In this document: one piece after another, positions 39,876 to 48,596 of the stretch
Layout of the letters: every line of letters starts with the position of its first letter
Numbering within the stretch: position 1 is the stretch's first letter
Source of the DNA: a virus
Taxonomy: Duplodnaviria > Caudoviricetes
Strand: one strand, 5' to 3'
DNA length: 64,000 bases
Virus record (IMG/VR): IMGVR_UViG_2974586258_000001
Location: 32,001-96,000 of that record
Made by a program: the position numbers and the translations under genes
Notes under the pieces: model-generated
Told to the model about the DNA's origin: nothing
Database searches by the model: none
What the model saw: the letters and a program-made list of their open reading frames with translations, nothing else

Positions 39876-40241
39876 TTAAATATTTAAACTACTGACTCTT
39901 CCTGTCTCTCTATCAATTACTAATCCGTATTTCGCAAAGACAGCATCAATTTCTTCGTCTGTGCAAGGTTTTCTGTTAATTTGCTCTAGATAACCTAACC
40001 AACGTTCTTCAAGAAACACATCAGGTGTATCATCGAACTTCTTATGAGCTTCTTGGCAGATTTCACAATCGCAATGAGGATGTAAAGCATCTTGTTCCAT
40101 TCTATATCTCAAATCTTCTTTGAATTCTTGTTCTGTCACATTATTTTCATAATCCTCTCGGCGTTGCTTGGCAACTAATCTTTCCTCTTCTGTCATTTTA
40201 CTTCGTGGTTTTCTAATTTCTAATTTATTTTCAGTCAACAT
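39876..40241 (-). CDS. Hypothetical protein
   Basis: ORF with AGGAG RBS; HxHCxCxxC metal-binding motif. Confidence 0.65.
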   Translation of the reverse strand: MLTENKLEIRKPRSKMTEEERLVAKQRREDYENNVTEQEFKEDLRYRMEQDALHPHCDCEICQEAHKKFDDTPDVFLEERWLGYLEQINRKPCTDEEIDAVFAKYGLVIDRETGRVSSLNI

Positions 40242-40345
40242 AGTCTCCTTTTGCGCCCTCTTTATAAAACCAACAATCTCTGTTCACCGAGTAAACCATA
40301 TCTTTATAAATATAATCGTGAATTTTCATAAATAAATTAAACATA

Positions 40346-40669
40346 TCACTCTTCCTTGTTATTATAATTCAATAGCCATTCCATAATCTCTCCTTTTTCT
40401 TTTATTCCTTTAGGAAGATAAACTGTCTCAGATTCTACAGCTTGTTTCATACGTTCAAGATCGTAGTTGAATTCATAATCGGGTTCAAGTTTAATTTCTT
40501 CATCTGATGTATAACCTGTTATTTCTTTATCATTAACAACCAACCTATATTTGTCTGGACTGTATTCCAATTTATTTCTCCTTCTTTTTCTTGACTCTTC
40601 TATTGTCATAAACACACCTTGTCGTTCTTCCTTTGTAAAAGGACTTTTAACTTCTCTTCTTTGTATCAT
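40346..40669 (-). CDS. Hypothetical protein
   Basis: Packed ORF; C-terminal motif shared with the neighbouring gene. Confidence 0.6.
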   Translation of the reverse strand: MIQRREVKSPFTKEERQGVFMTIEESRKRRRNKLEYSPDKYRLVVNDKEITGYTSDEEIKLEPDYEFNYDLERMKQAVESETVYLPKGIKEKGEIMEWLLNYNNKEE

Positions 40670-41018
40670 AATTCATAATCCACTCACAAAACTCTTCTGG
40701 TGTCTTAATATATTCAGGAACAGCAATAGGATTTTCATGTGCATTCTTGATTCGTCTATCCATTTCTTCAATATCATAATAGAAACCTGAATCTTCCTCA
40801 AGATCATCTTCATAATCTTCTATATGATTATCCCAGAACTCTCTATGGTTACTTCCATCACCATACAACCTCATACTGCAAACTGGGCACTTCTCATAGT
40901 ACACCCATCCACCATTAAGATAAATAAAGTTTTTGAAGTCTTCATTTTTAACTTTACAATGATTCACTTCCAGAGCCCTCAAAAGAGACCTTATTCGGCT
41001 TATAATTGAATGTTCCAA
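40647..41018 (-). CDS. Hypothetical zinc-finger protein
   Basis: CPVC...H...H motif. Confidence 0.6.
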   Translation of the reverse strand: MEHSIISRIRSLLRALEVNHCKVKNEDFKNFIYLNGGWVYYEKCPVCSMRLYGDGSNHREFWDNHIEDYEDDLEEDSGFYYDIEEMDRRIKNAHENPIAVPEYIKTPEEFCEWIMNYDTKKRS

Positions 41019-41163
41019 AACCTAGAACTCTGAACAATGAAGGGTCATTATTTACCAACTCCATAATTTTGTCATTCTGTTCTTTATACTTCACTAAAGG
41101 ACCTCTACCTTCTGCATACTCTGTTACTATTGCTAACAGGGCTTTATAGATATCATTTTTCAT
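40954..41163 (-). CDS. Hypothetical protein
   Basis: GAGG RBS; packed operon. Confidence 0.55.
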   Translation of the reverse strand: MKNDIYKALLAIVTEYAEGRGPLVKYKEQNDKIMELVNNDPSLFRVLGFGTFNYKPNKVSFEGSGSESL

Positions 41164-41176
41164 GTTAACCTCATTA

Positions 41177-41527
41177 TTATCTGAATTTTACAAACTCTGT
41201 ATATGGTGGTACAACAGGATCTTCTATAATCTTTTCTATAACATCCTTATTAGAATATGTACTAACAACTTGATTCTCTCCCCAACGTTCAATTTGTTCT
41301 TGTGTCATCTCTTTAGGGCAGAACTCTAGCATAAGGCTATCAATCTTAGCTTGTAATGCACAATTGCGTTTAGCGAGGTCAACAATAGTCTCGTTGGTTT
41401 TCCTTGTTGCAAATTGAACACCTACCCTAAATGTGTCACTTAATTGGCTGGGTTTTCCGATAGGTAATCTATGTAATTCAAGACCTTCTCGTTCCCATTC
41501 TGTCAACTCAATCTTGTGCATACTCAT
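41177..41527 (-). CDS. Hypothetical protein
   Basis: AGGAG RBS; LQAKIDSLMLEFCPKEMTQEQ..W phage motif. Confidence 0.65.
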   Translation of the reverse strand: MSMHKIELTEWEREGLELHRLPIGKPSQLSDTFRVGVQFATRKTNETIVDLAKRNCALQAKIDSLMLEFCPKEMTQEQIERWGENQVVSTYSNKDVIEKIIEDPVVPPYTEFVKFR

Positions 41528-41540
41528 AACAATCTCCTAA

Positions 41541-41885
41541 TTATTCACTACAACCATTCAATGCTTTCTCAAGCACCCCAATATAATTACTCTGCTGTTG
41601 TGTCAGTTTATCAAGTTTACGCACCTTCACAACAGGGTTGTCATTCTTCTTGATATTGATAGTAACATAATCTGTTCTGACAGGCAAACCCTTTTTACTG
41701 AGACAAGGCATGTAAACTGGCACTTTTACTTCCTGCGTTACTACCTTGATAGCAGGTTCAGGTTTATATGAACATCCTGACAAAATCAACAGAGCAAGTA
41801 GCAAGACAACAACAATATTAACTGGTGTCAGTAGATACCTCACCCACATACCTATACCCTTTAAAATTTCCATTAAATCTTTCAT
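41541..41885 (-). CDS. o-spanin (Rz1-like lipoprotein)
   Basis: Hydrophobic stretch ending in lipobox LSGC; EVKVPV..PC motif; follows the i-spanin. Confidence 0.75.
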   Translation of the reverse strand: MKDLMEILKGIGMWVRYLLTPVNIVVVLLLALLILSGCSYKPEPAIKVVTQEVKVPVYMPCLSKKGLPVRTDYVTINIKKNDNPVVKVRKLDKLTQQQSNYIGVLEKALNGCSE

Positions 41886-41977
41886 ATTTTAATCCTTGTA
41901 AAAGTAACCAACATTACACTTTTTGTATATAAACTAATCACATTTAATTAAATGTGTAGCATTGTACACTATAATCC

Positions 41978-42382
41978 CTACTCTCCAATCTTACCTAGTT
42001 CATTAAGAGTATCAACGCACACATCATTTGTCAACCCTGCTTTTGAATTTATATACTCTTCCAGATTTTGATTTGCAATGTCAGCTTTTTGTTTTTCTTT
42101 ATCAAGCAACTCTTTCAGTGATTCTTGTTTTTCTTTTGATTTGTCGGACAACTCTTGTAGTCTAATATTCTGTTCATTTAATTTAATCTGAAGTTGTTCA
42201 ATAGAAGCATTGCTAACTTTAAGGCGTTCTTCAACCTGAACATTCTTCTGCTCTGCAAGAGCTAGTTCTGATTCAAGGAGACTGGTACTGACATTTAGAT
42301 AAAATATTGTGGCTATCAAGATTGCAATCAAAGATTGAACCCAGTATTTTTTAATAAATTCAAGTACAAGTTTTAGTTCCAT
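41978..42382 (-). CDS. i-spanin (Rz-like)
   Basis: Single N-terminal TM segment, long coiled coil, C-terminal Cys. Confidence 0.75.
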   Translation of the reverse strand: MELKLVLEFIKKYWVQSLIAILIATIFYLNVSTSLLESELALAEQKNVQVEERLKVSNASIEQLQIKLNEQNIRLQELSDKSKEKQESLKELLDKEKQKADIANQNLEEYINSKAGLTNDVCVDTLNELGKIGE

Positions 42383-42457
42383 ATGCTTTCCTTGTGTTGT
42401 GGGTAAAATAAAAGCCCCGAATCACGAGGAAACGAGGCTTGTTGGTTAAATTTGAAT

Positions 42458-42547
42458 TGGTAGCCCTGTTCGGTAACGATCCGAAGTAACCCACTTATCT
42501 GGTGTACGAGTTTATAAATCTCGGTACTTTCCTTAAGCTACAGGGCC
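42458..42547 (-). tRNA. Atypical tRNA with anticodon UAU (Ile) and long variable arm, 90 nt
   Basis: Acceptor GGCCCTG/CAGGGCT-A-CCA; anticodon loop TTTATAA; T stem TTCGG/CCGAA with unusual loop ATCGTTA. Confidence 0.8.
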
Positions 42548-42557
42548 ATTAAATTAA

Positions 42558-42884
42558 TATAAAAACAAAGGATGGTAGGCCATCACCCCGCAACAAAGAC
42601 AGGAATCAAAAGATTATGTGTCTACGCCCTAGTTGTGTTATATCCGCATGATTTCTCAGAGGGAGATATAACAAATGATAATAATTCACTTAGACGGATC
42701 ACTCTTCCTTGTCTCTTGGCTTTCAGTGATCGATTAAAGAGACAGCAGTCTACATTTTATGCCGATAATAGATATGCAACCTTTCTTTATTCTTGTAAGG
42801 CTCAAGTTTACCAGTCTCTCTTTTATCTTGCAGAGACCAACAAGAACCTATTCTTAGCAAGGTCATAGGATTTTAAAACCTATA
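42558..42884 (-). ncRNA. Putative ~320-nt structured RNA with an H-type pseudoknot
   Basis: Own promoter, dense nested helices, pseudoknot and terminal hairpin with U-tail; no credible ORF on this strand. Confidence 0.65.
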
Positions 42885-42889
42885 TGTTT

Positions 42890-42918
42890 ATATTATCAAA
42901 ATTATCTTGAAATTTCAA
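42890..42918 (-). promoter_or_regulatory. Conserved phage promoter (TTGAAA-17-TAATAT) driving the ncRNA/tRNA
   Basis: Member of the 9-copy motif. Confidence 0.72.
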
Positions 42919-42954
42919 GTACAAAATTAAATATCAATACAAATACCCTACATA

Positions 42955-43377
42955 TTACCACCAAAGATTATTGTAATGTTTTGCAAACAAATCTAAACCT
43001 TCTCGTTTCTTTTTATCCCAATCTTCCATATCTTTACGATATTTATCGTACCCTTCTTGATTTGAAACTAAACAAAAACCCTCTGACTTATCAGATGACA
43101 ACTCAAATCCAATTTTGTATGATGAAACGTCTGGTTCATTTTTATCATCAAATGCAAAAATCATCTTATCCAAGATTTCAAACCATTTATCTGATTGTGG
43201 TCCATCATCGTAATTATCATCAAAAATAGGAACACCGTAAGCCTTTCCGTTAATATCCCGCTCTTTCAGTGTATCCCGAAACTTTACAAGTCCAGCAAGG
43301 ATAATCGTGGAAAGTGTGTTATCAAGAGAGTAAGTATCTTTATAACTAAAAACTGGCTTACCTTTGTGGATACGCAT
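42955..43377 (-). CDS. Conserved hypothetical phage protein
   Basis: WFEILDKMIFAF...GLDLFAKHYNNLW motif. Confidence 0.7.
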   Translation of the reverse strand: MRIHKGKPVFSYKDTYSLDNTLSTIILAGLVKFRDTLKERDINGKAYGVPIFDDNYDDGPQSDKWFEILDKMIFAFDDKNEPDVSSYKIGFELSSDKSEGFCLVSNQEGYDKYRKDMEDWDKKKREGLDLFAKHYNNLWW

Positions 43378-43400
43378 TCAATATTCTCCTTAAATTAAAA

Positions 43401-43880
43401 CTATTTAACATCTCTATCAAACAATTGAAAATCTACTTCATCGCAGTCATTAAGATCATAATATACTGGTCCGAATTTGTAAAGTGCCTTGCAAACAATT
43501 TGGGCAATTTCTTTGTTAGAACCCCAGCAACCCCAGCTAAAAATAATCTTGTTTCCTTCGATAATTTCTTTGTAATCACAACTGTTTTGTGAGCACCAGA
43601 CTATCCGATCATTATTGTCACCACAACCAAATACAATTTGGAAGGATGGGCAATCAGCAAGGAAACTTACATAGGTGTTCTTGACACCATTGGAAAAACT
43701 AACCTCATGGTCTTCTTTACAGTTCCTTATTGCATTAAATAGGTTATTGTATCCCTTATCTTCCACAAATGCATCAAGATTGGTGCGAATAAAAATATCC
43801 AAATGTTTATTGACTTCCCCAACAACTTCAAGAAGTTTAGATTTGTCAGCAACTACAAAAACTTTAGTGTCTACGCCCAT
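43401..43880 (-). CDS. Hypothetical protein (true start likely ATG at 43880)
   Basis: AGGAGG RBS before MGVDTK. Confidence 0.7.
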   Translation of the reverse strand: MGVDTKVFVVADKSKLLEVVGEVNKHLDIFIRTNLDAFVEDKGYNNLFNAIRNCKEDHEVSFSNGVKNTYVSFLADCPSFQIVFGCGDNNDRIVWCSQNSCDYKEIIEGNKIIFSWGCWGSNKEIAQIVCKALYKFGPVYYDLNDCDEVDFQLFDRDVK

Positions 43881-43905
43881 TTTATTTACCTCCTTAAAAT
43901 TAAAA

Positions 43906-44277
43906 CTATTTCCAACCCATCTCACTATAAAATTTATGAAGATAGTTTTCAAACTCTTGTTTGTATTCCTTTTCTTCAGTTCCAGTAGTTTGAACCAAAT
44001 CATTGAGCTTGTCAACAACAAAGTGTAGTTCTTGCGGAACATCGATATTTACTGTTGTGTTGGCTGAAATTGGGTATGCCATATAAGTTCGGTTTTTAGA
44101 GGATGTATATTCTTTCATACAATCAATAACCTTATGAACCCATATCTTGTATTCAAAACCGTTAGCATAGATAACAGATACCGAGGCTTATTTTGTTGTC
44201 ATCCCTGATACTTTAACTTCAGGGATAGCCTCTTGAAAACGTTTAATTAGCTGTTTTGTGATCTTGTATTCTGGCAT
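43906..44277 (-). pseudogene. Hypothetical gene interrupted by an in-frame TAA
   Basis: RBS plus ATG at 44277; TAA at 44190-44188; same frame continues to 43906. Confidence 0.6.
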
Positions 44278-44286
44278 AGTTCATCC

Positions 44287-44691
44287 TTACTGAAATTTAA
44301 TTCTCAAATTAATAGCCTGTTGTTCAATTTGGCTACAGAATGTTTTAAGCACCTCTACTTGCAATGGATTATTGCGGTCAGGAGCTTTATTGTAAACTTG
44401 AACGCCTTCGTCTACATAAGAGTAATAGTGTTCACTTGTAATATAATGCTTCTTGCCATCTACAATAAAATACAACTTGCTAATAGTAGATTTATACAAT
44501 TCAGAATCTTCTGACGTTGTAAAACCAAGGATATTGCAATAATCTCGCTTGCTACTAACTCCACCTAGAAGTTCCATTTGATGCGTAGATATTTCTTTAT
44601 GTGCAAATTTAGATTGATAATTAGCATAACCACCAACCACACAAACAACAAGTGCCAAGAATGCACCAATAATCAAAATTTTATTTTTCAT
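44287..44691 (-). CDS. Membrane-anchored/exported hypothetical protein
   Basis: N-terminal signal/TM segment; AGGAG RBS. Confidence 0.65.
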   Translation of the reverse strand: MKNKILIIGAFLALVVCVVGGYANYQSKFAHKEISTHQMELLGGVSSKRDYCNILGFTTSEDSELYKSTISKLYFIVDGKKHYITSEHYYSYVDEGVQVYNKAPDRNNPLQVEVLKTFCSQIEQQAINLRIKFQ

Positions 44692-45075
44692 TTGTTTTCT
44701 CCTTCAACATTAAAACCATTGTCTTTCAAAAGTGAAAGTGCAACAGCATAGCTTGTATAATCAGCAGGAGGAACATTCTTGTTATCTTTATGTTTCTCCT
44801 TCCATTGCTTCATGTTTTCTACAATGCTAATTGCTTTAGTAATTGTCAAGTGTTTTCCATATTTCATTTAAGTTCTCCTTCTCTTATTAATTTAAGATAT
44901 TGTACAACAGCCTCTAACTGAAAGTCAAGTGCTTTCTTTACTTCTTTCCTGTGCTCATGTTCAACAGACCCCATATAATATCCTTGGTACTTCTTAAGTT
45001 CAGTGATAAACATTTTATCACGAAGATCTTTATCCCAGCAATAGACATAGTTGAAGTCAAGATTTAACATTAGAG

Positions 45076-45348
45076 TTATTCCTCCACAAAACCACAAACT
45101 GTAACAGTTCCTTCTGGAACCTCTGTCAAACCATCATCAACTTGAAACCAAACAAGATTGTCTGAGTATATTAACTCATCAACTTTTTCTTTAAACTTTG
45201 TTGCACTTAATCCAAGAACAATAATCATATCTTCTTGTGGAATAGATTCGGTCATTCTACCAAATTCTTTGCTAATATGTGCAACTTGAGCTGCAAGTTT
45301 ACCTTCTGACATTTTCAAATTCTTGTTGTAGTAAATTTTAAATTTCAC
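45076..45348 (-). CDS. pth2: Peptidyl-tRNA hydrolase, Pth2 family
   Basis: NLKMSEGKLAAQVAH and D.GLTEVPEGTVT signature motifs. Confidence 0.85.
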   Translation of the reverse strand: MKFKIYYNKNLKMSEGKLAAQVAHISKEFGRMTESIPQEDMIIVLGLSATKFKEKVDELIYSDNLVWFQVDDGLTEVPEGTVTVCGFVEE

Positions 45349-45583
45349 TATCTACCCCTTTAAAATGATTAACAATCAACTCTTCATTGTCAAGATAGTA
45401 ATGAATATAATCATAAAATCCTTTACAATAGTCTTTTCCATCATAGTAATATGAAGGTTCACTTCCTGAGCGAATACCCTGACGAAATCTTTCAGAAGGA
45501 TCTTCTCCTGCTTCTAAAGATTTTTCCAGTAAGCTTTCGGCATATTTTACTCCTTGGATATAAGTACCTTTGCTGCGATTCAT
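45338..45583 (-). CDS. Hypothetical protein
   Basis: GAGGAGG RBS; packed operon. Confidence 0.6.
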   Translation of the reverse strand: MNRSKGTYIQGVKYAESLLEKSLEAGEDPSERFRQGIRSGSEPSYYYDGKDYCKGFYDYIHYYLDNEELIVNHFKGVDSEI

Positions 45584-46050
45584 TTTATTTCCTCCTCAAA
45601 TACCCTAAAACTCGAATGCAAGTACACATTATCAGGAATCTTGTATGATGTCAACATCTCAAACATTTCTTTTGATGAATAACCATTTAGATTTTTGCTA
45701 TCAGCTTTATTATAAGCAACAAAGAACTTCAAATGCTTGTTTTGTTCAGCACAATCATAAAACTCTTTGATATTATCAATCAAATCTTCTTTGCTGATGC
45801 TACGATAACCTGCTTTAGGGTAAGTTTTAGTTGTTCCGTCTGATAATTTCTCAACAAAACCTTCTTTCAGATTCTTTGTCACAAGAGCATAAGTTTGTCC
45901 TTGGAGTCCTCTACCAACACCGTATTTTGCACCAAATTTCAATGCTGCTAAAGCAGCGCCTGCTCCATGCCTTCCTTCTGGGTTAGAACCGAACACAAAA
46001 ATATAATCAGGTTCAAGTTTTGTTATTGTTTCACCAGTCCAACACCGCAT
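45580..46050 (-). CDS. A1S_2505-family phage protein (macrodomain-like)
   Basis: IFVFGSNPEGRHGAGAA.AA..FGA.YG.G.GLQGQTYA signature. Confidence 0.8.
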   Translation of the reverse strand: MRCWTGETITKLEPDYIFVFGSNPEGRHGAGAALAALKFGAKYGVGRGLQGQTYALVTKNLKEGFVEKLSDGTTKTYPKAGYRSISKEDLIDNIKEFYDCAEQNKHLKFFVAYNKADSKNLNGYSSKEMFEMLTSYKIPDNVYLHSSFRVFEEEIK

Positions 46051-46059
46051 ATAACTTCC

Positions 46060-46242
46060 TTAGCGTTTCTTCCCAATTCGTCTTGTTCGTTCAACAATCA
46101 ATTCTGCATAATGATTTTTAAACTTATGTGTAAAACTAAAATTATGAGTATCTATAAAATCCTTCATACTGATAATGCTTTCTTCTAGTTCTTTCATAGT
46201 CCACTCGGATATTGGATAATTATATTTCCAACGTTTTTTCAC
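46060..46242 (-). CDS. Hypothetical protein
   Basis: AGGAGG RBS. Confidence 0.55.
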   Translation of the reverse strand: MKKRWKYNYPISEWTMKELEESIISMKDFIDTHNFSFTHKFKNHYAELIVERTRRIGKKR

Positions 46243-46666
46243 ATTCCCTCCTTCATTTCACAAAGCATTTCTATTGTCTCTTTATTGTAACTCAGACAAT
46301 AACCATCCAATTGTTCACTCTTACAAGCTTCTTCATCTCCTTCGCAAACTAAGTACACACTAAGAACTTCGTACTCATTGCTTAGTGGATTTTCATAGAA
46401 GTTACCATTTTTGTATTCATAATGCAAGTACTCCTGAACTTGTTTTAGAATCCCTTTCTCACAAATTGGGCAAACAGTTCCTTCTGTATCTTCACAAATA
46501 GATGGATGTTCTAGTCCAATATTATCAGCATGAAGCCTAGCTTTGATAGTTTTTAATCCTAAGTCCTTGTTTTGTGCATGTACCTTGAACTATCGCAAAT
46601 AACTTCGTGTCCTGAAGGAAGATGTTTTACTCTTACACAATTTTTAGAATAACAGGATGTGGACAT
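46239..46666 (-). pseudogene. Frameshifted release-factor-domain-like plus Zn-finger gene
   Basis: MSTSCYSKNCVRVKHLPSGHEVICDSSRYMHK, then NKDLGLKTIKARL...CPICEKG in another frame; one base missing in the A-run at 46573-46570. Confidence 0.6.
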
Positions 46667-46677
46667 ACTTTATCTCC

Positions 46678-48072
46678 CTAGTATTTCTTATCGATCTTGC
46701 AATTCATGTTTGAACCAACAACATGAGTATAAGCTTTGTTCATTGAAGTTTCAAGCTTTTCTTCAAGAGACTTTTTAACAATAAAGCTGTCATGGTACGG
46801 CAGCAACACTTCATCATCAGCAATAAAATCTTGAATAATCAAATCAGCCATCTTGCTATCGAGATTCTGCAACACAACGCCAGAGTCACTAAAGAAGAAG
46901 TGTGCAATTTTATAGTTATGGTCACACAATGCTTGGCACAATTGCTTTGCTGGGAACGGTCTTTCAATACCGACATATTTCTTTTTGATTTCCGGACGTT
47001 TAAGGTCTGTTGCCAACTCATGGGCTACAGCCATAAATGCAGCTTCAATGTTTTTAGCATTAATCGAACACAACAAAGCTTGTTTACATATTGAGCGGAC
47101 TGGTTCATATTTACCCATCCCAAACTTAATTTTATGTTCTTTAATTGCTTTTTCATTAATGTTCAAGAAACTGGTATCACATTCATAGGGTTTGAATCCG
47201 TCTTCCATCTCTTCTCCACTAACGGCATAACAAATAGCAGGGTGAAGGCTACTGTAGTCAAGTTCCACAACTGGCTCATTATCAATGAACAGATGCTTAC
47301 GGATATTCTGACTAACACACTGATATCTTCCGTCAACTGAGTAGTAACGGCCGCCGAAATCTAAAGAGTCAGTAAAAACACGTTTATAAATTGGGGGTGG
47401 AAGTGGGGTTCCGTTTAGATGAAAGACTGTCTGAGCTAGACGTTTGTTAAACTGCATCAAATCTTTCTTTATATTTGCTACACCGTTCACTCTTCTAGTC
47501 TCCTTCTTGATACGTTGCTTAAGCTCTTTTGTTTTAGCTCTGTCAATAATATCTACAATATCGCCGTCACCGTATTTGACATTCTCAAAACCATTCTTAT
47601 TGAACAAATTGATAAACTCTTGTTTAAAAATGATAAATGAACGGATAGACTCTAAATATTCATCGTTGTCATCAAGTTTCATATAACCAATATATATATC
47701 AATCAAACCTGCTTGTTCTAACGAGTCTAAAACTGACCACACACTATCTTTACTAATATCTTGTTTATTTTTAGAGTAATGTGAAGGTTTACGGTAAACA
47801 AACATACCTGTAGCATTGTATTTCACAGCTCTATCTACATTTGTTACTATGCACCTAATACCTCTTACAATACTATCATTTATATCTATATAATTACTAA
47901 CTATGTTTTCTATGTATCTCTCTATTCCAACAAATCTTTTAAGTTTATTATAATAGATATTAGTATGAGTTAGAGATTGTATCATTAATCTAATGTTATC
48001 TTCTTCTAAATCTTCAATCAAATAAATCAAGACAATACTCCTTACTCTAGATAGGGAAAAATTACAGTCCAA
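46678..48072 (-). CDS. TV-Pol-like polymerase (superfamily A / T7 RNAP palm fold)
   Basis: GGRYY, VELDYSSLHP (motif A), R.ICKQALL..IN (motif B), LQNLDS, PYHDSFIV (motif C). Confidence 0.7.
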   Translation of the reverse strand: MDCNFSLSRVRSIVLIYLIEDLEEDNIRLMIQSLTHTNIYYNKLKRFVGIERYIENIVSNYIDINDSIVRGIRCIVTNVDRAVKYNATGMFVYRKPSHYSKNKQDISKDSVWSVLDSLEQAGLIDIYIGYMKLDDNDEYLESIRSFIIFKQEFINLFNKNGFENVKYGDGDIVDIIDRAKTKELKQRIKKETRRVNGVANIKKDLMQFNKRLAQTVFHLNGTPLPPPIYKRVFTDSLDFGGRYYSVDGRYQCVSQNIRKHLFIDNEPVVELDYSSLHPAICYAVSGEEMEDGFKPYECDTSFLNINEKAIKEHKIKFGMGKYEPVRSICKQALLCSINAKNIEAAFMAVAHELATDLKRPEIKKKYVGIERPFPAKQLCQALCDHNYKIAHFFFSDSGVVLQNLDSKMADLIIQDFIADDEVLLPYHDSFIVKKSLEEKLETSMNKAYTHVVGSNMNCKIDKKY

Positions 48073-48133
48073 GTCTCCAAGGAAATCAAGGGATACATTG
48101 AAATTTAACCCTACCCTACTAGCTTACTTAGCC

Positions 48134-48142
48134 TGTGGATAA
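48134..48142 (-). promoter_or_regulatory. Perfect DnaA box TTATCCACA
   Basis: Exact consensus in the intergenic region upstream of the TV-Pol-like gene; single copy. Confidence 0.45.
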
Positions 48143-48144
48143 CT

Positions 48145-48336
48145 TTATGATCCACCCCATTGTTCTTTTAGTTTCTCAAGTGACAAAATGAAGATCGCTT
48201 GTCTATACAATTCAGTACGTGGCTGCTCTTTCTTTTCTGAAGCATAGTACATTCGCTTCAGATTGTCGATAGTTAAGATGCCAGTTTTCACAGCATTAAC
48301 CAAATCTTCTACAGCCTCATATTTAACCTTAGCCAT
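48145..48336 (-). CDS. Hypothetical protein
   Basis: GAGG RBS and its own promoter. Confidence 0.65.
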   Translation of the reverse strand: MAKVKYEAVEDLVNAVKTGILTIDNLKRMYYASEKKEQPRTELYRQAIFILSLEKLKEQWGGS

Positions 48337-48355
48337 TTTTACCTCGCTAATACAT

Positions 48356-48384
48356 ATATTACCATATATTCATAAAATTTTCAA
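48356..48384 (-). promoter_or_regulatory. Conserved phage promoter (TTGAAA-17-TAATAT)
   Basis: Member of the 9-copy motif. Confidence 0.72.
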
Positions 48385-48596
48385 GGTTTAATAGCAAATA
48401 ACCTATCAAACCTTAAAACACTCATAGAAAGCTCTATAATCAATTCTACCTTCTCTAGGCTACCAACATACTCCTATTCTCAAACTATTCAACAGAGAGC
48501 TTCTGGTAGCCCTTAAAATTGATATTCAGAGTTTAATAATGTTTAATATAAGTTAACAACAGACACATTTTGTGTCAGAGCCCGCAAGGGGTTCAG

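Noticed and set aside
42572-42868. 98-aa + strand ORF
   Set aside because: No recognisable motifs and no good RBS. It is antisense to a promoter-driven, densely base-paired region better explained as an ncRNA.
42558-42884. tmRNA or group I intron identity for the structured RNA
   Set aside because: No tRNA-Ala-like termini or tag frame, and no P7 GACUA/UAGUC core like those in the two real introns.
43881-44042. N-terminal extension of ORF 43401..44042
   Set aside because: Overlaps another gene, and a strong AGGAGG RBS places the start at 43880.
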